Below, in pieces: positions 50,936 through 61,700 of a stretch of DNA of 64,000 bases. The DNA lies in assembly GCA_965112735.1 (NCBI GenBank), contig OZ218958.1, forward strand, positions 3,563,894 to 3,627,893, read 5' to 3'. The notes beneath the pieces are model-generated. The model was not told where the DNA came from and did not search any database. It was given only the letters and a program-made list of their open reading frames with translations. The stretch's first letter is position 1. The number at the start of each line of letters is the position of its first letter. The translations under genes and the position numbers were made by a program. This stretch comes from Phaeosaccion multiseriatum (lineage: Eukaryota; Protista; Ochrophyta, other classes).

Positions 50936-53226
50936 GTCATCTGGCGCCTGATTTCGACACGGGAGGGTTGAAGTGTGCTTTCTCTGGGCCAGTGGGGTTG
51001 AAACGGTCCCACCATGGTCGTCATGAGTCCGCCAGGCGTCTCTAGTGTGCTCGGTGTGGTTGTACACTCTGTTCTGTGGGGTTGAAATGGCCCATCTGTG
51101 AGCCCCGGTGGGTCATCTGGCGCCTGATTTTGTCACGGGAGGGTTGAAGTGTGCTTTCTCTGGGCCAGTGGGGGTGAAACGGTCCCATCATGGTCGTCAT
51201 GAGTCGGCTGGGCGTCTCTGGTGTGCTCGGTGTGATTGTACACTCAGTTCTGTGGGGTTGAAATGGCCCATCTGTGAGCCCCGGTGGGTCATTTGGCGCC
51301 TGATTTCGACACGGGAGGGTTGAAGTGTGCTTTCTCTGGGCCAGCGGGGGTGAAATGGTCCCACCATGGTCGTCACGAGTCTGCCATGCGTCTCTGGTGT
51401 GCTCGGTGTGGTTGTACACTCTGTTCTGTGGGGTTGAAATGGCCCATCTGTGAGCCCCGGTGGGTCATCTGGCGCCTGACTTCGACACGGGAGGGTTGAA
51501 GTGTGCTTTCTCTGGGCCAGCGGGGTTGAGATGGTCCCACCATGGTCGTCATGAGTCGGCCGGGCGTCTCTGGTGTGCTCGGTGTGGTTGTACACTCTGT
51601 TCTGTGGGGTTGAAATGGCCCATCTGTGAGCCCCGGTGGGTCATCTGGCGCCTGATTTGTCACGGGAGGGTTGAAGTGTGCTTTCTCTGGGCCAGTGGGG
51701 GTGAAACGGTCCCACCATGGTCGTCATGAGTCTGCTGTGCGTCTCTGGTGTGCTCGGTGTGATTGTACACTCAGTTCTGTGGGGTTGAAATGGCCCATCT
51801 GTGAGCCCCGGTGGGTCATTTGGCGCCTGATTTCGACACGGGAGGGTTGAAGTGTTCTTTCTCTGGGCCAGAGGGGTTGAAATGGTCCCACCATGGTCGT
51901 CATGCGTCTGCTGTGCGTCTCTGGTGTGCTCGGTGAGGTTGTACACTCTGTTCTGTGGGGTTGAAATGGCCCATCTGTGAGCCCCGGTGGGTCATCTGGC
52001 GCCTGATTTCGACACGGGAGGGTTGAAGTGGGCTTTCTCCGGGCCAGTGGGGTTGAAATGGTCCCACCATGGTCGTCATGAGTCTACCGGGCGTCTCTGG
52101 TGTGCTCGGTGTGATTGTACACTCTGTTCTGTGGGGTTGAAATGGCCCATCTGTGAGCCCCGGGGGGCCATCTGGCGCCCGATCGCGACACGGGAGGGTT
52201 GAAGTGTGCTTTCTCTGGGCCGGTGGGGTTGAAATGGTCCCACCATGGTCGTCATGAGTCTGCTGTGCGTCTCTGGTGTGCTCGGTGTGGTTGTACACTC
52301 TGTTCTGTGGGGTTGAAATGGCCCATCTGTGAGCCCCGGTGGGTCATCTGGCGCCTGATTTCGACACGGGAGGGTTGAAGTGTGCTTTCTCTGGGCCGGT
52401 GGGGTTGAAATGGTCCCACCATGGTCGTCATGAGTCTGCCGGGCGTCTCTGGTGTGCTCGGTGTGATTGTACACTCTGTTCTGTGGGGTTGAAATGGCCC
52501 ATCTGTGAGCCCCGGGGGGTCATCTGGCGCCTGATTTCGACACGGGAGGGTTGAAGTGTGCTTTCTCTGGGCCAGTGGTGGTGAAATGGTCCCACCATGG
52601 TCGTCATGAGTCCGCCGGGCGTCTCGGGTGTGCTCGGTGTGGTTGTACACTCTGTTCTGTGGGGTTGAAATGGCCCATCTGTGAGCCCCGGTGGGTCATC
52701 TGGCGCCTGATTTTAACACGGGAGGGTTGAAGTGTGCTTTCTCTGGGCCAGCGGGGTTGAAATGGTCCCACCATGGTCGTCATGAGTCTGCCGGGCGTCT
52801 CTGGTGTGCTCGGTGTGGTTGTACACTCTGTTCTATGGGGTTGAAATGGCCCATCTGTGAGCCCCGGTGGGTCATCTGGCGCCTGATTTCGACACGGGAG
52901 GGTTGAAGTGTGCTTTCTCTGGGCCAGTGGTGGTGAAATGGTCCCACCATGGTCGTTATGAGTCTGCCGTGCGTCTCTGGTGTGCTCGGTGTGATTGTAC
53001 ACTCTGTTCTGTGGGGTTGAAATGGCCCATCTGTGAGCCCCGGTGGGTCATCTGGCGCCTGATTTCGACACGGGAGGGTTGAACTGTGCTTTCTCTGGGC
53101 CAGTGGTGGTGAAATGGTCCCACCATGGTCGTCATGAGTCTGCCGGGCGTCTCTGGTGTGCTCGGTGTGATTGTACACTCTGTTCTGTGGGGTTGAAATG
53201 GCCCATCTGTGAGCCCCGGTGGGTCA

Positions 53227-53529
53227 TGTGGGGCCGCTACCTTCCTCTGCCTAAGAGTAAGAAGGTACCCCCAAGCTGAGCGCTGTGTTCCGGTCCCAAT
53301 AGGGGGAGAAGATACCAATGCTAGCACCAAGTGTATTGATAATAAGGACTATCCCACCCTAAGACCCTGGACAGCCTCCTTGTTTAAAGGAGAGCTATCC
53401 ACTTGGTCTATACGGGTTCAGGAGTGCGGAGGGGCCAACCAGGCCCTCAAAAAGGCCGCGTCCCACTCATTGACTTACTACTCTGCCTACCTAATAATAC
53501 GTAATTGAGCCTGTCCCACCTCCACCACA
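53227..53529. mobile_element. Second, apparently identical copy of the solo-LTR-like insertion, created by segmental duplication
   Basis: Same sequence, TSD and flanks, offset by 2594 bp. Confidence 0.75.
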
Positions 53530-55760
53530 GTCATCTGGCGCCTGATTTCGACACGGGAGGGTTGAAGTGTGCTTTCTCTGGGCCAGTGGGGTTGAAACGG
53601 TCCCACCATGGTCGTCATGAGTCCGCCAGGCGTCTCTAGTGTGCTCGGTGTGGTTGTACACTCTGTTCTGTGGGGTTGAAATGGCCCATCTGTGAGCCCC
53701 GGTGGGTCATCTGGCGCCTGATTTTGTCACGGGAGGGTTGAAGTGTGCTTTCTCTGGGCCAGTGGGGGTGAAACGGTCCCATCATGGTCGTCATGAGTCG
53801 GCTGGGCGTCTCTGGTGTGCTCGGTGTGATTGTACACTCAGTTCTGTGGGGTTGAAATGGCCCATCTGTGAGCCCCGGTGGGTCATTTGGCGCCTGATTT
53901 CGACACGGGAGGGTTGAAGTGTGCTTTCTCTGGGCCAGCGGGGGTGAAATGGTCCCACCATGGTCGTCACGAGTCTGCCATGCGTCTCTGGTGTGCTCGG
54001 TGTGGTTGTACACTCTGTTCTGTGGGGTTGAAATGGCCCATCTGTGAGCCCCGGTGGGTCATCTGGCGCCTGACTTCGACACGGGAGGGTTGAAGTGTGC
54101 TTTCTCTGGGCCAGCGGGGTTGAGATGGTCCCACCATGGTCGTCATGAGTCGGCCGGGCGTCTCTGGTGTGCTCGGTGTGATTGTACACTCTGTTCTGTG
54201 GGGTTGAAATGGCCCATCTGTGAGCCCCGGTGGGTCATCTGGCGCCTGATTTGTCACGGGAGGGTTGAAGTGTGCTTTCTCTGGGCCAGTGGGGGTGAAA
54301 CGGTCCCACCATGGTCGTCATGAGTCGGCTGGGCGTCTCTGGTGTGCTCGGTGTGATTGTACACTCAGTTCTGTGGGGTTGAAATGGCCCATCTGTGAGC
54401 CCCGGTGGGTCATTTGGCGCCTGATTTCGACACGGGAGGGTTGAAGTGTTCTTTCTCTGGGCCAGTGGGGTTGAAATGGTCCCACCATGGTCGTCATGCG
54501 TCTGCTGTGCGTCTCTGGTGTGCTCGGTGAGGTTGTACACTCTGTTCTGTGGGGTTGAAATGGCCCATCTGTGAGCCCCGGTGGGCCATCTGGCGCCTGA
54601 TTTCGACACGGGAGGGTTGAAGTGTGCTTTATCTGGGCCAGTCGGGTTGAAATGATCCCACCATAGTCGTCCTGAATATGCCGGGCGTCTCTGGGGTGCT
54701 CGGTGTGGTTGTACACTCTGTTCTGTGGTGTTGAAATGGCCCATCTGTGAGCCCCGGGGGGTCATCTGGCGCCTGATTTCGACACGGGAGGGTTGAACTG
54801 TGCTTTCTCTGGGCCAGTGGGGGTGAAATGATCCCACCATGGTCGTTATGAGTCTGCCGTGCGTCTCTAGTGTGCTCGGTGTGATTGTACACTCTGTTCT
54901 GTGGGGTTGAAATGGCCCATCTGTGAGCCCCGGTGGGTCATCTGCCGCCTGATTTTGACACGGGAGGGTTGAAGTGTGCTTTCTCTGGGCCAGTGGGGGT
55001 GAAACGGTCCCACCATGGTCGTCATGAGTCGGCTGGGCGTCTCTGGTGTGCTCGGTGTGATTGTACACTCTGTTCTGTGGGGTTGAAATGGCCCATCTGT
55101 GAGCCCCGGTGGGTCATCTGGCGCCTGATTTCGACACGGGAGGGTTGAAGTGAGCTTTCTCCGGGCCAGTGGGGGTGAAATGGTCCCACCATGGCCGTCA
55201 TGAGTCCGCCGGGCGTCTCTGGGGTGCTCGGTATGATTGTACACTCTATTCTGTGGGGTTGAAATGGCCCATCTGTGAGCCCCGGTGGGTCATCTGGCGC
55301 CTGATTTCGACACGGGAGGGTTGAACTGTGCTATATCTGGGCCAAGTGGTGTTGAAATGGTCCCACCATGGTCGTCACGAGTCAGCCGAACGTCTCTGGT
55401 GTGCTCGGTGTGATTGTACACTCTGTTCTATGGGGTTGAAATGGCCCATCTGTGAGCCCCGGTGGGTCATCTGGCGCCTGATTTCGACACGGGAGGGTTG
55501 AAGTGGGCTTTCTCCGGGCCAGTGGGGTTGAAATGGTCCCACCATGGTCGTCATGAGTCTACCGGGCGTCTCTGGTGTGCTCGGTGTGATTGTACACTCT
55601 GTTCTGTGGGGTTGAAATGGCCCATCTGTGAGCCCCGGGGGGCCATCTGGCGCCCGATCGCGACACGGGAGGGTTGAAGTGTGCTTTCTCTGGGCCGGTG
55701 GGGTTGAAATGGTCCCACCATGGTCGTCATGAGTCTGCTGTGCGTCTCTGGTGTGCTCGG

Positions 55761-55772
55761 TTAGGGTTAGGG
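55761..55772 (+). repeat. (TTAGGG)2 at the satellite-telomere junction
   Basis: ctcgg|TTAGGGTTAGGG|ccagg. Confidence 0.9.
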
Positions 55773-58700
55773 CCAGGCCAGGGCCAGGCCAGGCCAGGCC
55801 AGGCCAGGCCAGGCCAGGCCAGGCCAGGCCAGGCCAGGCCAGGCCAGGCCAGGCCAGGCCAGGCCAGGCCAGGCCAGGCCAGGCCAGGCCAGGCCAGGCC
55901 AGGCCAGGCCAGGCCAGGCCAGGCCAGGCCAGGCCAGGCCAGGCCAGGCCAGGCCAGGCCAGGCCAGGCCAGGCCAGGCCAGGCCAGGCCAGGCCAGGCC
56001 AGGCCAGGCCAGGCCAGGCCAGGCCAGGCCAGGCCAGGCCAGGCCAGGCCAGGCCAGGCCAGGCCAGGCCAGGCCAGGCCAGGCCAGGCCAGGCCAGGCC
56101 AGGCCAGGCCAGGCCAGGCCAGGCCAGGCCAGGCCAGGCCAGGCCAGGCCAGGCCAGGCCAGGCCAGGCCAGGCCAGGCCAGGCCAGGCCAGGCCAGGCC
56201 AGGCCAGGCCAGGCCAGGCCAGGCCAGGCCAGGCCAGGCCAGGCCAGGCCAGGCCAGGCCAGGCCAGGCCAGGCCAGGCCAGGCCAGGCCAGGCCAGGCC
56301 AGGCCAGGCCAGGCCAGGCCAGGCCAGGCCAGGCCAGGCCAGGCCAGGCCAGGCCAGGCCAGGCCAGGCCAGGCCAGGCCAGGCCAGGCCAGGCCAGGCC
56401 AGGCCAGGCCAGGCCAGGCCAGGCCAGGCCAGGCCAGGCCAGGCCAGGCCAGGCCAGGCCAGGCCAGGCCAGGCCAGGCCAGGCCAGGCCAGGCCAGGCC
56501 AGGCCAGGCCAGGCCAGGCCAGGCCAGGCCAGGCCAGGCCAGGCCAGGCCAGGCCAGGCCAGGCCAGGCCAGGCCAGGCCAGGCCAGGCCAGGCCAGGCC
56601 AGGCCAGGCCAGGCCAGGCCAGGCCAGGCCAGGCCAGGCCAGGCCAGGCCAGGCCAGGCCAGGCCAGGCCAGGCCAGGCCAGGCCAGGCCAGGCCAGGCC
56701 AGGCCAGGCCAGGCCAGGCCAGGCCAGGCCAGGCCAGGCCAGGCCAGGCCAGGCCAGGCCAGGCCAGGCCAGGCCAGGCCAGGCCAGGCCAGGCCAGGCC
56801 AGGCCAGGCCAGGCCAGGCCAGGCCAGGCCAGGCCAGGCCAGGCCAGGCCAGGCCAGGCCAGGCCAGGCCAGGCCAGGCCAGGCCAGGCCAGGCCAGGCC
56901 AGGCCAGGCCAGGCCAGGCCAGGCCAGGCCAGGCCAGGCCAGGCCAGGCCAGGCCAGGCCAGGCCAGGCCAGGCCAGGCCAGGCCAGGCCAGGCCAGGCC
57001 AGGCCAGGCCAGGCCAGGCCAGGCCAGGCCAGGCCAGGCCAGGCCAGGCCAGGCCAGGCCAGGCCAGGCCAGGCCAGGCCAGGCCAGGCCAGGCCAGGCC
57101 AGGCCAGGCCAGGCCAGGCCAGGCCAGGCCAGGCCAGGCCAGGCCAGGCCAGGCCAGGCCAGGCCAGGCCAGGCCAGGCCAGGCCAGGCCAGGCCAGGCC
57201 AGGCCAGGCCAGGCCAGGCCAGGCCAGGCCAGGCCAGGCCAGGCCAGGCCAGGCCAGGCCAGGCCAGGCCAGGCCAGGCCAGGCCAGGCCAGGCCAGGCC
57301 AGGCCAGGCCAGGCCAGGCCAGGCCAGGCCAGGCCAGGCCAGGCCAGGCCAGGCCAGGCCAGGCCAGGCCAGGCCAGGCCAGGCCAGGCCAGGCCAGGCC
57401 AGGCCAGGCCAGGCCAGGCCAGGCCAGGCCAGGCCAGGCCAGGCCAGGCCAGGCCAGGCCAGGCCAGGCCAGGCCAGGCCAGGCCAGGCCAGGCCAGGCC
57501 AGGCCAGGCCAGGCCAGGCCAGGCCAGGCCAGGCCAGGCCAGGCCAGGCCAGGCCAGGCCAGGCCAGGCCAGGCCAGGCCAGGCCAGGCCAGGCCAGGCC
57601 AGGCCAGGCCAGGCCAGGCCAGGCCAGGCCAGGCCAGGCCAGGCCAGGCCAGGCCAGGCCAGGCCAGGCCAGGCCAGGCCAGGCCAGGCCAGGCCAGGCC
57701 AGGCCAGGCCAGGCCAGGCCAGGCCAGGCCAGGCCAGGCCAGGCCAGGCCAGGCCAGGCCAGGCCAGGCCAGGCCAGGCCAGGCCAGGCCAGGCCAGGCC
57801 AGGCCAGGCCAGGCCAGGCCAGGCCAGGCCAGGCCAGGCCAGGCCAGGCCAGGCCAGGCCAGGCCAGGCCAGGCCAGGCCAGGCCAGGCCAGGCCAGGCC
57901 AGGCCAGGCCAGGCCAGGCCAGGCCAGGCCAGGCCAGGCCAGGCCAGGCCAGGCCAGGCCAGGCCAGGCCAGGCCAGGCCAGGCCAGGCCAGGCCAGGCC
58001 AGGCCAGGCCAGGCCAGGCCAGGCCAGGCCAGGCCAGGCCAGGCCAGGCCAGGCCAGGCCAGGCCAGGCCAGGCCAGGCCAGGCCAGGCCAGGCCAGGCC
58101 AGGCCAGGCCAGGCCAGGCCAGGCCAGGCCAGGCCAGGCCAGGCCAGGCCAGGCCAGGCCAGGCCAGGCCAGGCCAGGCCAGGCCAGGCCAGGCCAGGCC
58201 AGGCCAGGCCAGGCCAGGCCAGGCCAGGCCAGGCCAGGCCAGGCCAGGCCAGGCCAGGCCAGGCCAGGCCAGGCCAGGCCAGGCCAGGCCAGGCCAGGCC
58301 AGGCCAGGCCAGGCCAGGCCAGGCCAGGCCAGGCCAGGCCAGGCCAGGCCAGGCCAGGCCAGGCCAGGCCAGGCCAGGCCAGGCCAGGCCAGGCCAGGCC
58401 AGGCCAGGCCAGGCCAGGCCAGGCCAGGCCAGGCCAGGCCAGGCCAGGCCAGGCCAGGCCAGGCCAGGCCAGGCCAGGCCAGGCCAGGCCAGGCCAGGCC
58501 AGGCCAGGCCAGGCCAGGCCAGGCCAGGCCAGGCCAGGCCAGGCCAGGCCAGGCCAGGCCAGGCCAGGCCAGGCCAGGCCAGGCCAGGCCAGGCCAGGCC
58601 AGGCCAGGCCAGGCCAGGCCAGGCCAGGCCAGGCCAGGCCAGGCCAGGCCAGGCCAGGCCAGGCCAGGCCAGGCCAGGCCAGGCCAGGCCAGGCCAGGCC

Positions 58701-61700
58701 AGGCCAGGCCAGGCCAGGCCAGGCCAGGCCAGGCCAGGCCAGGCCAGGCCAGGCCAGGCCAGGCCAGGCCAGGCCAGGCCAGGCCAGGCCAGGCCAGGCC
58801 AGGCCAGGCCAGGCCAGGCCAGGCCAGGCCAGGCCAGGCCAGGCCAGGCCAGGCCAGGCCAGGCCAGGCCAGGCCAGGCCAGGCCAGGCCAGGCCAGGCC
58901 AGGCCAGGCCAGGCCAGGCCAGGCCAGGCCAGGCCAGGCCAGGCCAGGCCAGGCCAGGCCAGGCCAGGCCAGGCCAGGCCAGGCCAGGCCAGGCCAGGCC
59001 AGGCCAGGCCAGGCCAGGCCAGGCCAGGCCAGGCCAGGCCAGGCCAGGCCAGGCCAGGCCAGGCCAGGCCAGGCCAGGCCAGGCCAGGCCAGGCCAGGCC
59101 AGGCCAGGCCAGGCCAGGCCAGGCCAGGCCAGGCCAGGCCAGGCCAGGCCAGGCCAGGCCAGGCCAGGCCAGGCCAGGCCAGGCCAGGCCAGGCCAGGCC
59201 AGGCCAGGCCAGGCCAGGCCAGGCCAGGCCAGGCCAGGCCAGGCCAGGCCAGGCCAGGCCAGGCCAGGCCAGGCCAGGCCAGGCCAGGCCAGGCCAGGCC
59301 AGGCCAGGCCAGGCCAGGCCAGGCCAGGCCAGGCCAGGCCAGGCCAGGCCAGGCCAGGCCAGGCCAGGCCAGGCCAGGCCAGGCCAGGCCAGGCCAGGCC
59401 AGGCCAGGCCAGGCCAGGCCAGGCCAGGCCAGGCCAGGCCAGGCCAGGCCAGGCCAGGCCAGGCCAGGCCAGGCCAGGCCAGGCCAGGCCAGGCCAGGCC
59501 AGGCCAGGCCAGGCCAGGCCAGGCCAGGCCAGGCCAGGCCAGGCCAGGCCAGGCCAGGCCAGGCCAGGCCAGGCCAGGCCAGGCCAGGCCAGGCCAGGCC
59601 AGGCCAGGCCAGGCCAGGCCAGGCCAGGCCAGGCCAGGCCAGGCCAGGCCAGGCCAGGCCAGGCCAGGCCAGGCCAGGCCAGGCCAGGCCAGGCCAGGCC
59701 AGGCCAGGCCAGGCCAGGCCAGGCCAGGCCAGGCCAGGCCAGGCCAGGCCAGGCCAGGCCAGGCCAGGCCAGGCCAGGCCAGGCCAGGCCAGGCCAGGCC
59801 AGGCCAGGCCAGGCCAGGCCAGGCCAGGCCAGGCCAGGCCAGGCCAGGCCAGGCCAGGCCAGGCCAGGCCAGGCCAGGCCAGGCCAGGCCAGGCCAGGCC
59901 AGGCCAGGCCAGGCCAGGCCAGGCCAGGCCAGGCCAGGCCAGGCCAGGCCAGGCCAGGCCAGGCCAGGCCAGGCCAGGCCAGGCCAGGCCAGGCCAGGCC
60001 AGGCCAGGCCAGGCCAGGCCAGGCCAGGCCAGGCCAGGCCAGGCCAGGCCAGGCCAGGCCAGGCCAGGCCAGGCCAGGCCAGGCCAGGCCAGGCCAGGCC
60101 AGGCCAGGCCAGGCCAGGCCAGGCCAGGCCAGGCCAGGCCAGGCCAGGCCAGGCCAGGCCAGGCCAGGCCAGGCCAGGCCAGGCCAGGCCAGGCCAGGCC
60201 AGGCCAGGCCAGGCCAGGCCAGGCCAGGCCAGGCCAGGCCAGGCCAGGCCAGGCCAGGCCAGGCCAGGCCAGGCCAGGCCAGGCCAGGCCAGGCCAGGCC
60301 AGGCCAGGCCAGGCCAGGCCAGGCCAGGCCAGGCCAGGCCAGGCCAGGCCAGGCCAGGCCAGGCCAGGCCAGGCCAGGCCAGGCCAGGCCAGGCCAGGCC
60401 AGGCCAGGCCAGGCCAGGCCAGGCCAGGCCAGGCCAGGCCAGGCCAGGCCAGGCCAGGCCAGGCCAGGCCAGGCCAGGCCAGGCCAGGCCAGGCCAGGCC
60501 AGGCCAGGCCAGGCCAGGCCAGGCCAGGCCAGGCCAGGCCAGGCCAGGCCAGGCCAGGCCAGGCCAGGCCAGGCCAGGCCAGGCCAGGCCAGGCCAGGCC
60601 AGGCCAGGCCAGGCCAGGCCAGGCCAGGCCAGGCCAGGCCAGGCCAGGCCAGGCCAGGCCAGGCCAGGCCAGGCCAGGCCAGGCCAGGCCAGGCCAGGCC
60701 AGGCCAGGCCAGGCCAGGCCAGGCCAGGCCAGGCCAGGCCAGGCCAGGCCAGGCCAGGCCAGGCCAGGCCAGGCCAGGCCAGGCCAGGCCAGGCCAGGCC
60801 AGGCCAGGCCAGGCCAGGCCAGGCCAGGCCAGGCCAGGCCAGGCCAGGCCAGGCCAGGCCAGGCCAGGCCAGGCCAGGCCAGGCCAGGCCAGGCCAGGCC
60901 AGGCCAGGCCAGGCCAGGCCAGGCCAGGCCAGGCCAGGCCAGGCCAGGCCAGGCCAGGCCAGGCCAGGCCAGGCCAGGCCAGGCCAGGCCAGGCCAGGCC
61001 AGGCCAGGCCAGGCCAGGCCAGGCCAGGCCAGGCCAGGCCAGGCCAGGCCAGGCCAGGCCAGGCCAGGCCAGGCCAGGCCAGGCCAGGCCAGGCCAGGCC
61101 AGGCCAGGCCAGGCCAGGCCAGGCCAGGCCAGGCCAGGCCAGGCCAGGCCAGGCCAGGCCAGGCCAGGCCAGGCCAGGCCAGGCCAGGCCAGGCCAGGCC
61201 AGGCCAGGCCAGGCCAGGCCAGGCCAGGCCAGGCCAGGCCAGGCCAGGCCAGGCCAGGCCAGGCCAGGCCAGGCCAGGCCAGGCCAGGCCAGGCCAGGCC
61301 AGGCCAGGCCAGGCCAGGCCAGGCCAGGCCAGGCCAGGCCAGGCCAGGCCAGGCCAGGCCAGGCCAGGCCAGGCCAGGCCAGGCCAGGCCAGGCCAGGCC
61401 AGGCCAGGCCAGGCCAGGCCAGGCCAGGCCAGGCCAGGCCAGGCCAGGCCAGGCCAGGCCAGGCCAGGCCAGGCCAGGCCAGGCCAGGCCAGGCCAGGCC
61501 AGGCCAGGCCAGGCCAGGCCAGGCCAGGCCAGGCCAGGCCAGGCCAGGCCAGGCCAGGCCAGGCCAGGCCAGGCCAGGCCAGGCCAGGCCAGGCCAGGCC
61601 AGGCCAGGCCAGGCCAGGCCAGGCCAGGCCAGGCCAGGCCAGGCCAGGCCAGGCCAGGCCAGGCCAGGCCAGGCCAGGCCAGGCCAGGCCAGGCCAGGCC

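Larger units (their letters stand above)
47454..55760. repeat. Subtelomeric 176-bp satellite, ~44 monomers
   Basis: Period of 176 bp, also reflected in the ORF-track spacing. Monomer begins CCGGTGGGTCATCTGGCGCCTGATTTCGACACGGGAGGGTTGAAG. Confidence 0.97.

Noticed and set aside
47546-55677. Repeated 71-aa and 132-aa ORFs
   Set aside because: By-products of the 176-bp period (not a multiple of 3), many from non-ATG starts.
47454-55760. CRISPR-like array (GTTGAAAT motifs at regular spacing)
   Set aside because: The intervening sequences are themselves repeated rather than unique spacers, there are no cas genes, and the context is a eukaryotic subtelomere.
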